In this document: positions 48,656 through 59,921 of the stretch, one piece after another
Layout: every line of letters starts with the position of its first letter
Numbering within the stretch: position 1 is the stretch's first letter
Position numbers and translations under genes: made by a program
Notes under the pieces: model-generated
Database searches by the model: none
What the model saw: only the letters and a program-made list of their open reading frames with translations
What the model was told of the DNA's origin: nothing
Assembly: GCF_020745735.1 (NCBI RefSeq)
Contig: NC_083430.1
Span: 52,691,375-52,755,374 of the forward strand
Direction of reading: 5' to 3'
DNA from: Hemiscyllium ocellatum
Lineage: Eukaryota
Length of the DNA stretch: 64,000 nucleotides

Positions 48656-51600
48656 AGCTCTCCAGTTGAGGCTTCCTCAGTAAATGTTCTTAAGGTAATT
48701 TTTTTGAACAGTAAAGGAATTAAAGGTTATGGTGAGGGGGGGGGGAAGGTAAATGGAGCTGAGGCCACAAAAAGATCAGCCATGATCTTATTGAATGGCA
48801 GAGCAGGCTCCAAGGGCAAGATGGTCTCCTCCTGCTCCTAGTTCTTATTTTGTTGCTATTTGTTTCTCTTGCTCTCAAGTTGACTCTTGCTTCCATTGAA
48901 TTACAACAATGGTTACAAATAAATATATAGTTCATTGTCTGATTTGCTTTGGGAAAACCTGAATATAATAAATGTTTGTTATCTTGAGCAGTTATGAGCT
49001 AACTACTTCAGTCGCTTCCAATCACCAAGTTGACTGGCTGACTGCTGTTAAGAACTACTTTTGTTTCTTTTAGCTGAAAGAAATCCCTAACTACTGTTCT
49101 GCTGAGCACCGTTTACCTTTAAGTCTGTAAAGAAAAATGTCTGTTTGAATCTAATTTATCTTTGCACATGACTGGTCAAGCAACTTAGCTTTGCCACATG
49201 CTTTTGTTTCAACTTCAGACCATACTTAGTTACCTTCAGCACAAGCTTATTTTAGTGGTATTCCATTTTTAATTTTTAGGGTTGCTCCATCAATCTCATT
49301 CAGATTCTGTGCCAGCATTACTAAGCTTGCTGTCTGGAAATCTCCGAGAGTTTCTAAACGCATTTCATTCTTAATCAATGGCATAACCATCATTGAATCT
49401 CCTACATCAATACTCTGAAAGTTCCTGTTGACCAGGAACTTAACTACATTAGCTCAAGAAACATTAGTTACAAAAGTGAGTCAGTGGCTGGGAATCATGA
49501 GTTAGTAACTTAGCTACTGTCTCTTCAATGCCAGTCAATCACTGATAAGGTACAAATCAAGAATGTGATGGAATGCTCTCCACTCGGCTGGATGAACGCA
49601 GCTCCAGTGACATTTGTAAAACTTGAACTCATCCAGGCAAAACAACAGATTGATTGGTATTTCACCCACCACTTTAAATAGTTAGTGTTTCCAACACCTG
49701 TACAAAGTGGCAGCATACCATATGCATTTTTGAGAGCACCTTCCAAACCTGCAACGTTTTACTGATTAGATGAACAAGGTAGTATGCATGTGGGAACACC
49801 ACCATTTGTAAGTTCCCCTTTAAGCCATGTACCATTTTGACTTGGAAATATATCACCATCCCATCTCTGTCACCAGGTTAAAATCCTGAAACTCTGTCTC
49901 CAACAGCACGGTTGATTCTCCATCAAATGAGCTGCAGCAGTTCAGGAAAGTGGCTCATCACCACCTTCTGAAAGGGCAATAGAGAACAGTCATAAATTGG
50001 TCAGGAACTACCTCCACGTATCAGAGCGATGGTGGCAGAGACAGGCTCTTGTGCCAGAACTCGACTGCTCCAACCACTTTTTTTTTCTCTCTTTTTTTTT
50101 ACTTTATTTACTTCTCTTTACTCACCATCAGTGGTGAGGAATTCCAGCATGGACCTGAGTGGGCCAACGTCGACCTTGTGGTGGCAGCGACAGGGTCCCT
50201 TTTTACTTTTCCAGGACAAATATGGGACCTGGCATTGAAATGCAAGAACAGGTAGGAGGCTAGGAATACTGTGGCGAGTAACTTTCCTCCTCACTCCCTA
50301 AAGTCTGCTCTCCATCTACAAGGCACAAGTCAGAATGGAATACACCCCACTTCCCTGGATGAGTGCAGCTCGAACAGCAATCAAGCTCAACACCATCCAG
50401 GACAAAGCAGCCCATTTGATTGGCACTACACCCACAAGCATCCACTCCCTCCACCACCAATGCTTAGTAACAGCAGTGTGTGCTAACTACAAGATGCATT
50501 GCAGAAATTCATCAAAGATCCTTCAACAGTATGTTCCAAACCCATGATCACTTCCATCGAGAAGGACAAGGGCAGCAGATTTATGGGAACACCATCAGCT
50601 TCATGTTCCCCTCCAAGCCAATCACCATCTGACTTGGAAATACTGTTGCTGGGTCAAAATGCTGGAATTCCCTCTCTAATAGCATTGTGGGTCAGCCCAT
50701 AGCAGGTGACTGCAGCAGTTTAAGAAAGCAGCTCACTATTGCCTTACAAGAACAACTACAGATAGGCAATAAATACTGGCCCTGCCTGTCATGCCCATAT
50801 CCAACAAATACATTTTTACAAAATCAGCAGCTGCTATATCGGAGGTGATGTTGGCTAGTTAGGCCGACTGGTGAAAGATGGAGCCTGAGGATAGACATCT
50901 TTGTGATTGGTTGGGTCTAGCGCTGGTGGCGGTGAAGTAGTGATGGAGAAGAATCATAGCAACAATGTTGAGGTAGGCTCAGTGGCGAGAGATACGACTC
51001 TGATATTGGTGGGCCTGGCACAAGTGACGAGACATTGGCAAGAGGAAAATTGGCCCAAGAATGAAAGATGGTGCATGAAGAATGGTCCCTTCAATATTGG
51101 CGAAGCGCTGGAGGAGGAATGGCAGCCCAGGCATCATTGATGATGGATTCTCTTTAAGCTATATCTTTCAATTTTTTAACTTCTTAAAACTATTCAAAAT
51201 AGCGCTGGATCACGGCGATGGTGGAAAAGTTTATTGCTATAATTTACTGTTTTTCCACTGTAAAATGCACATGACAATAAAATCAAATCATAAATAAATA
51301 TCGACCATACCAGTCCTGCTCACTGAAAGACTTGGAAAATCTCTGATGTTCATTGCTCCTCCCCAAACCACTGAAACAGCTTAATGTTTGATTAAATATG
51401 AGCAATATCTTCTCATTATATTTCAACATGTTCTCCATTCTGAAGAAAAGTCACAGACCTGAAACACTGATTCTACTTCTGTGCCCACAACTGTTGAGTA
51501 TTTGCAGCAATTTTTGTTCATAATGTTGTGCTGATGACATGGGTGAGATTGGAGGTGTACCAGGTACAGTGAAATGTTGTCTGGAGATGTGTAGTCCAGG

Positions 51601-52047
51601 CTTAAAGGGGTGCTGGGTAACAAGTGCAATAATTGATTCCTATTTGTAAGACACAGGTGATGTGGAAATTGAAATATTGTTTCTAAAAAGATAATTGATG
51701 ATCTAGTGTAGATGACTGAATAAAATAAATCTTTTTTCAGTTGTTGGTTTTGGAAAGCCTAAAGCTAGAAGTTTAGAACCTATAGATTTGATAGAACAGC
51801 AGAAAAGTTTTATTGAGTGTTAGCAGTATTGAAAGTTCTCAGCTGCAGTGACCATTATGGTAACTTCTGTAAAAAACACATCTAATATATACATTTATTT
51901 TTGTGGAGACTTCAGTAGGCACTGTTTCCTGACTAAACTAAATTGAAGGATCGTGGCTTTAAGCATTAGCAACAATCCAGCTTTCTTTATTACAAAGATT
52001 AAGTCTAGAATTTGGTGTGATTGGAATTCTTTTTACTTCTTTGACAG

Positions 52048-52408
52048 AATGCAAAGAGAAAAGGCGTGAACCATGTAATTGAAAGGCAACCATGTGAAAC
52101 ATCTTGTCCTGAAGCAAAAAAAGATGGAATTTGTGGAATATTTGAGGCTGATGAACCAGAAAAAGATGATTGTGAAATCAGAGCATCCTCAATCACAGGA
52201 AATTTTCCTGCAGTGGCTGAGCACCTGGATGTTCCTGGCATTTTGACTGGAGGTCCTGTGATATGGGAACAGGCATCCAATAAAATTGAAGCATCCTCTG
52301 CAAGTGGTGATGAGAAGAAGGACTCTGATACTACAATGAACTTTACTGATGTAACCTCAGTTTGGAACAGTACAGTACTGGAGGATTCACCCGCTGTTCT
52401 CAGTACAG
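52048..52408 (+). CDS. IQCC: IQCC exon 3 (variable linker)
   Basis: TTTGACAG acceptor, 361 nt open, phase 0-1, contains TSVWNSTVL; donor GTAATG. Confidence 0.8.
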
Positions 52409-52901
52409 GTAATGTGCACCCTGAAGGGGAAATTAAACTTTTTTTCCCCATACTGTACTAATGATCAGGGGCTGTTTTGAAATAGTAAGTTCTGCAGTTA
52501 ATTAGCATAGATGTTTAGCTTTGATTATGGGTCTTGAAGTTCTGGAATTATTCAGAGACATTAGATGCTTGGGGAGGAAACAGTTGCTTTCTATAGAAAA
52601 TCTTAAAATGCTGTTTCTGCTGTCTTCTGCATGTATTCATGTTTGAGTGTGTTCCTGTTTGGATCGGATTAATTGCACTACTAGAAAGCTGTTTTGAACC
52701 ATGTGTCTATCACAGATTCAGCTGCACTTATTTTGATTTAAAAAACTGTGAATATGAAATGAATGTATATGGTTTATTTTAAATGGGTGTAAGTTTTGAA
52801 TAAAAACACTCCTTTTCATTTTAACACTGAATTTTAACTAAATAGAAGAACAAACTGATGAAAGGCTACATACTCACAAATGTACATATCTGAATTTGTA
52901 G

Positions 52902-53023
52902 AACATTTGTGTAAGTGGCAAAGGAAAGAAATGCCAACAACACTCGAAGGGATACAGAAGTACAGAAGCAGCCTCGCAATGGAACTCTTGTGGCTGCAAC
53001 AGGCCATTGCTAGTCGTAAAAAT
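52902..53023 (+). CDS. IQCC: IQCC exon 4
   Basis: ..KYRSSLAMELLWLQQAIASRKN, the conserved IQCC block; donor GTAAGT. Confidence 0.92.
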
Positions 53024-53189
53024 GTAAGTATCGAGTTGGAATGTGATTGAAGGAATGTATCGTATCTGTATGCTATGATTCCGAAATAATCTAGGCTCCT
53101 GGTGTAATCTTATAAGAAATTGACTGTATGTATTTTGTGCGAGAGAGAGATTTACCCTTTCACTGTGGTGACCTTATTTATTTTAACAG

Positions 53190-53228
53190 TATTTGATACT
53201 GAAGCAACAATTGAGAACTCCAGAATGA
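53190..53228 (+). CDS. IQCC: IQCC exon 5 (terminal)
   Basis: YLILKQQLRTPE*; total 708 nt = 235 aa; AATAAA at 53767 and 54077. Confidence 0.88.
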   Translation, partial: YLILKQQLRTPE

Positions 53229-54409
53229 AAATGTGGTTTCAGAATTGGCAGCACTACATGAATCACCAAGAAGCTGATCCACAAGTCATGGAGATGTTCT
53301 TCATTGGAAGATGCAAGAAGAATTATATCACAGATGAAATCTGTGTGTGGTAAATGCAGTGAAATGGAACCTGATGGAAACTCTTCACAGAGAACATGAG
53401 GTTAAAAGAATGCTAACAGTTAACTTAATGCATTCCTTGGAGCAATACTGCAGTTTGTATGTTCCAGTATAAGGCTGTGTCAAACTTCTGTTAAGCTTAT
53501 AGCTCTGTTTTGTTTATTTCAGAAAATAATAATCCTTTCATATTTAATATATCAATTTATTTACTTATGACTGGCATCCTGGCCAGTGGAACGTGCAACT
53601 ATTGCTAATCTTGGAATCCAGCCAAGATGCTGCTAATCAGATCCATTTTTCACCAGTTTGTCAGGATATGCTTTAACTATTTGACTGTGCTGGGATAAAG
53701 AAATACATGTTGATCAATTGAGTTATCTTTTTGTATTATTGCACTTAAGTCTCCACATTGTCAAGAAATAAACAGAGCCTGAGCTTTTCTGGGACCTTTC
53801 CATCACAATGACCATCAATCGAAATATGAACTTCTGTGATGTAATATGTTTATTCTTTTTAAAATACTGTCTGATGATTTCTTATGCATTCTGCTGAAAA
53901 TTTGTAACATTATGGAATTATTTCTTCATTTATGGAATTGTGCACTTACCATGTAAGCTGAAAGTTCATCAAATTTAATGCAAATATGTACTGATTTCAA
54001 GTTCTCATTTCTCTCCAAATGGGTTATTTTTAAAAAATGCCAAAGTTTTATCATACATCCACAATTTTGAAATCAGAATAAAAATGAAGCTTACAGTCTG
54101 ATCAAAGCATTTCATTGGTTTAAGATTTGGTATCTAATTCACAGACCACATATTTTGCACTTGGTGATGCAGCTGAATAATCATTTACAATTAAACTTTT
54201 CAAGTGTTTGTACCCAGTGCACTGATTCTGTGGGAATCAACCTCTGTTCATAGCATTTTCTGAAGGGAAACACTCCTTTTAATGTTCAATCCGAGTCACG
54301 TGCTCTTTGCTGAAAGCAGGGAGCTGGACTGAATCCTCAAATTGTTCTTGTTTCGCTCTGTAATATTGCCACTTCTGGCTGTTACTGTGCAGGTAATTAC
54401 TGTTCTTAA

Positions 54410-54972
54410 GATGATAAGGCTACGCTTGGAATATTGCAAACAGTTCTGGTCTCCTTCCTATCAGAAGGATGTTGTGAAACTTGAAAGGGTTCAGAAAACA
54501 CTTACAAGGATATTGCCAGGGTTAGAGGATTTGAGCTATAGGGAGAGGCTGAATAGGTTTTGGCAGTTTTCACTGGAGTGTCAGATGCTGAGGGGGTGAT
54601 CTTATAGAGGTTTATAAAATTATGAGGGGCGTGGATAGAATAAATAAACAAGGTGTTTTCCCTGGGGTCGGGGAGTCCAGAACTAGAGGGCATAGGTTTA
54701 AGGTGAGAGGGGAAAGGTATAAAAGAGACCTAAGGGGCAACTTTTTCACACAAAGGGTGGTACAGGTATGGAATGAGCTGCCAGAGGATGTGGTGGAGGC
54801 TGGTACAATTGCAACATTTAAAAGACATTTGGATAGGTATATGAATAGGAAGGGTTTGGAGGGATATGGGCTGGGTCTGGAAGGTGGGACCAGATTGGGT
54901 TGGGATATCTGGTCGGCATGGACGGGTTGGACCGAAGGGTCTGTTTCCATGCTGTATATCTCTATGACTCTA
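54410..54972 (+). mobile_element. CR1 LINE 3' fragment
   Basis: LEYCKQFWSP..TRGHRFKV..FFTQRVV; (CTCTATGA)n tail. Confidence 0.9.
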
Positions 54973-56176
54973 TAACTCTCAGTTTGCAAACTCCAAGTGA
55001 CACCTATTGGTGTTGTCCATAAATTACAGTTTGTCAGCTCTGTCACAATACTGAGCTTGCTATCATTTGCATCTGTGTTTGTTTGTAGATCCAAATATGT
55101 ATAAATGTATATAAAGAACAAATTTGGTTGGGTGTATGGGTGTACTCTCATATTTAATTTTGCAATAATTTAGTTAGCACAAAGCAATTTCAAGGAAAGA
55201 CTAAGCCCTGTCAAACTGTACTTCATGCTTATTTATTAATAATTTTGCTTGATTTGACAAATAACACACAGGAGAAAAAAAATCTGACCAAGAATACTTT
55301 ATTAAGGTCAGTACAATAGTAATCAGTAACCCTGGACAACGTCAAGCATGTATTGTGAGGGTTTATCTCCAGTGCCATTGCACCTTACTCCTTCAATCAA
55401 TTTTTAAAATTCCTTATTTTTCTTGAAACTGTGATATGATGGCTGTAATTGACACTATATGATTGCAGATTTGAATAATTCTTTTTAATATTTATTTTTA
55501 ATATCATTTCAGTGTGTGGTAGACCAAGCCCTGATTTCGTGGATAAATGTATGATGGAATCCTTCGCTGCTGCACACACACGGAAGGGCCATCTTTAATC
55601 TTTGACTTGAGCACAGCCTGAAAGAAAGGATATCAGACAAAAAAAAACAAAAAAAATTGCAGATGCTGGAAATCTAAAAAGCAAAAACTGCTGGAAAGTC
55701 TCAGCAGGTCTGGCAGCATCTGTGGAGAGAGATCAGAGTTAATGTTTTAAGATCTAGTGACCCTTCTTCAGAAAGGAAATCAGTGTAACAGTTGTTTTAG
55801 CAACCATTTGCTTTGTGATTGGCTGCGATTGGTAGGATATTTCTGAGAAATGTGAGGTTTGGGGTGAAAGCAGCTGGGACCAAATGTTCAGGATTGCCAT
55901 TCCTGACTGCAGCCCAGGGAAAAATGGGCTGAAGACATGCCTCAGAAACAGCAAAGAGCTTCGCAATGAGTCAGGAGTTAAAGATTTTTCATAAATTTTA
56001 CTTTCGGCAAGGTGTAAAATGTTTACTTGCAGTAAGAACATCCATCCTCGTTTGTTGTCTGGTTAAATTTGATATTCCCATTGCATACCACATAACTAGT
56101 CAATGTTCTGTTCTCATTCCTTTAATCATTTCCTCCATCAGACATTAATGAGGCATCTGAATGATAAAGAAGGTAA

Positions 56177-56190
56177 CCACCAGAGGGCAG
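56177..56190 (+). promoter_or_regulatory. CTCF consensus site
   Basis: CCACCAGAGGGCAG matches CCASYAGRKGGCRS at all 14 positions, in unique AT-rich DNA. Confidence 0.55.
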
Positions 56191-56644
56191 TAAAACAAAA
56201 GTATGACTACTTTTGTTGTGTTCTGATCATTTCCGCTGAATTAACTAATGTATAATATAAACTTTTAAATAAGATCAACATTTTTATTTATGAATATTGT
56301 GAATATTTAATGTAGTAGGTAAAATAAAACTTAAAGATGGGGGAGGGAAATTTAAGTTATTACTTCGGGGTCTAGTGGTTGATTGCTGGAACTTTTCACG
56401 GACATTTTCTTAATTGCCTTTGGTAGTTTTGGAAAAACCCGGGTTACATGTTTTCCTTGGGTTTCCTACAAAGCAGCTAATTGGGCAATGTGAAGAAAGT
56501 CCTGATGCATATTAAGGCTTGGGTTTAAAATACTGCAATGGGGATGGCTCGGTGGTCTCAGGGTATGATTCTTACTTCAGGCCTTGTACATTGTTGACAT
56601 GTTGAAGTTCCAGTTTCAATTCCTGGGCAAGCTCTCATTTCTCC

Positions 56645-58240
56645 ATATTACAGAGGAAGAGATGCAGGATGTCTTAAAATGCATTAAGGTGAATAAATCC
56701 CTAAGACCTGATCAGGTGTACCCTACAACTCTGTGGGAAGCTAGGGAAGTGATTGCTGGGCCCCTCGCTGAGATATTTGTATCATCATTAGCTGGAAGAC
56801 TGGAGGTTGGCTAACTTGTGACACTATTTAAGAAATGTGATAAGAAAAATCCAGGGAACTATAGACCAGTGAGCCTGACATCGGTGGTGGGCAAGTTGTT
56901 GGAGGGAATCCTGAGGTACAGGGTTTGCATATATTTGGAAAGGCAAGGACTGATTAGGGATAGTCAACATGGCTTTGTGAGTGGGAAATCTTTTCTCACC
57001 AGCTTGATTGTGTTTTTTGAAGAAATAACGAAGAGGTTTGATGAGGGCTGAGCAGTGGACGTGATCTATATGGACTTCAGTAAAGTATTTGGCAAGGTGC
57101 CCCATGGGAGACTGGTTAGCAAGGTTAGATCTCATGGAATACAGGAAGAACTATCTATTTGGATACAGAATTGGCTCAAAGGTAGACGACCGAGAGTGTT
57201 GTTGTAGAGTTGCTTTTCAGACTGAAAGCCTGTGAACCGTGGTGTGCCACAAGGATTGATTTTGGGTCCACTGCTTTTTGTCATTTATTTAAATATTTTG
57301 GATGTAATCATAGGAGATATGGTATGGTTAGTAAGTTTTCAGATGACATCAAAATTGGAGGTGTAGTGGGCAGTGAAGAAGGTTACCTCAGATTACAACA
57401 GGATCTTGGTCAGATGGATCAATGGACTGAGGAGTGGCAGATAGAATTTAATTTAGATAAATATGAGGTGCTGCATTTTGGAAAGGCAAATCAGAACAGA
57501 AACTATACAGTTAATGGTAAGTTGCTGAGGAGTGTTACCGAACAAAGAGACCTTTAAGTGCAAGTTCATAGTTCCTTGAAGGTGGATTTGCAAGTAGATA
57601 GGGTAGTAAAGGTGATGTTTGGTATGTTTCCCTTTATTGGTCAGTGCATTGAGTATAGGAGTTAGGTGGTTATGTTGAGGTTGTACGGGACATTGGTTCA
57701 GCCACTTTTGGAATACTGTGTACAGTTCAGGTCCCCCTGCTATTGGAAAGATGTTGTGAAATTTGAAAGGGTTCAGAAAAGATTTACAAGAATGTTGCCA
57801 GGGTTGGAGGGTTTGAGCTGTAGGGAGAAGCTGACTAGGCTGGGGCTGTTTTCCCTGGAGCATTGAAGGGTAAGGGATGATCTCATAGAGGTTTATAAAA
57901 TCATGGGGGGCATGGATAGGGTAAAATAGACAAGGTCTTTTTGCCAGGGTAGGGCAGTCCAAAACTAGAGGGCATAGGTTTAAAGTGAGCAGGGAAAGAG
58001 TTAAAAAGGGCCTAAGGGGCAATTCTTCCACACACAGGATGGTGTGTGGATGGAATGAGCTACCAGAGGAATTGGTGGAGGCTGGTACAATTACAACATT
58101 TAAAAGGCATCTGAAAGGGAATATAAGTATGAATGTTTGAGAGGGATATGGGCCAAACGCTGGCAAATGGGACTAGATTTATCTAGGAAATGTGGTCGGC
58201 ATGGACGGGTCGGATCGAAGCGCCTGTTTCCATGCTGTAG
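56645..58240 (+). mobile_element. Degenerate CR1 LINE RT region
   Basis: PGNYRPVSLTSVVGKLLE, QHGFV, KFSDDIK, LEYCVQF with stops and frameshifts. Confidence 0.9.
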
Positions 58241-59886
58241 GACTTTGGTCTCTCTAATCCCATTTCTGCAATTTTTACCTGATCAATGACAGCACTCTAA
58301 TCCGTCTACCAGCTACTCTTGAACATGATGAAGATGACTTCCATTGGCAGACAAGTCCCATTGTATGGAATTGTGAAGACTTCTTTTATGTAAAACTTTG
58401 GCTTTCTGTTTTGCCATGTTGATTCTAGAGTCTTTATTTGTTTTGAACTACACCAAACAAAAGTTTTATTCTTACCTTCCCTATAGCCCTATATTTGTTT
58501 CTCCAGGCCCAGGAACACAGCCCTGAGCCTATCTGGAGCACAGCTGGCTTTGCTATCAATCAGTTGACTAGCCTAAATCAAGTACTTTATGAACTTCATT
58601 CTGTCAGAACTGTTCATTAATTCCAGATCATTCTGATACACAAAGATTCCACCTTGTTGGTTCATATTGTCAGTGCAGAAAATTAAAATTAACAAAAGTC
58701 TTTAACATTAACAGTGTGCTCTGATGAGGTGGTAATCTTTGTGTTTCAGGATAATCTATAATTATGAGACAGTTTTGTACTGCTCTTGGGAATACTAATC
58801 AATAAAAAAGAAACGGTTACAGCAAGCAATCAGTAATACTTGCAGTATTTAAAATTGAACTGTAAATATGTCCAATATCTTAGTGTCCTTGTCTGAGTCT
58901 TTGGTGGATGGACTATAAATAGTTCAAACTTGTGAAGCCCCTACCCCTACCCCTACTTCCAGGTACAAATGAAAACAAGAAAGCGAGGATATGGAGAAAC
59001 CAGAAATGAGTTTGCTGTTCCAAATGAATGCTAGGTTCAGCATCCCAGATCAAAGTAGTTCTTTCCCCAGCAGGCATGCAGTAATCAATGCAGCCATTCA
59101 AATAGATGGAGTGTTAACAGCAGGTTTCCGGCCTTTCTATCAAGAGGAGCCAGGTGTCTTTAAAGGATCACCAGATTATTTCTCAACAGCCTGTTAATCA
59201 AACTGTTAATTCTTTCTGCCACTCAAGTGCACAAGTGAACACCAAAAGCAAAGTTCCACCTCCTGTCTTGTTTGTAAATCTGCTAACCCTGTCATTTGTC
59301 CAACCAATGGTGCTAGCCAAACAAACTTACTAGGGTTAATGTTTGAACAATCCTAAAAACACCTTCTTCTGTTGATACAAGTGAGTATATACCTCTACAA
59401 AGTATTCACAAGCTGTCTTTCTCTTACAGGCATTAAACTCTTAAACGTGTATCTAACTGAATTCCATTCTGTGTCTTTAAGCTGCATAGATCTGAATAAA
59501 ATTTGAAATGTAACATTTGACAGCTTTTCATGTTTGGGCTCTGATTCTGTTCACAATAGTAGATGAAACAAGAAATGTGCTTTATGCAGATTATGTGTCA
59601 TGTTCTAGAGGCTTGATTTGCTTAAAGGTTTCTTAATTCTGAAAAGTTTATTGAAGATGTTTAATGCACAGTAAGATTGACAGGCAACTGTGGTGTGAGC
59701 TTTCTATCTCTTTTATAGTTCTGGGAGTGATTAGGCTTCTCCAGGCCAATGATGTACAATTTCAAGAAGGAATTAGATATAGGACTTGGATCTAAAAAGA
59801 TCAAAGGCTATGTGGAGAAAGCTAAAACAGGATACAGCGTTGCATGATCAGCTAAATTTCTGTGTCATATGATCCCGCTCTACAGC

Positions 59887-59921
59887 TACCTGATGAAGGA
59901 GCAGTGCTCTGAAAGCTAGTA
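59887..59921 (+). ncRNA. Minimal hammerhead motif (AGCT family) in a PLE-derived fragment
   Basis: TAC-CTGATGA-A-GGAGC AGT GCTCT-GAAAG-CTA-GTA. Confidence 0.6.

Noticed and set aside
49074-49130. Extra IQCC exon after a good acceptor (LKEIPNYCSAEHRLPLSL*)
   Set aside because: No phase-compatible donor before the stop, and exons 2 and 3 already join in frame.
58476-58572. In-frame TGA (LVN*LIAKP) read as selenocysteine
   Set aside because: No recognisable selenoprotein motif, no SECIS-like AUGA..AA..GA hairpin seen in the putative 3'UTR, and neighbouring blocks also contain TAA/TAG stops.
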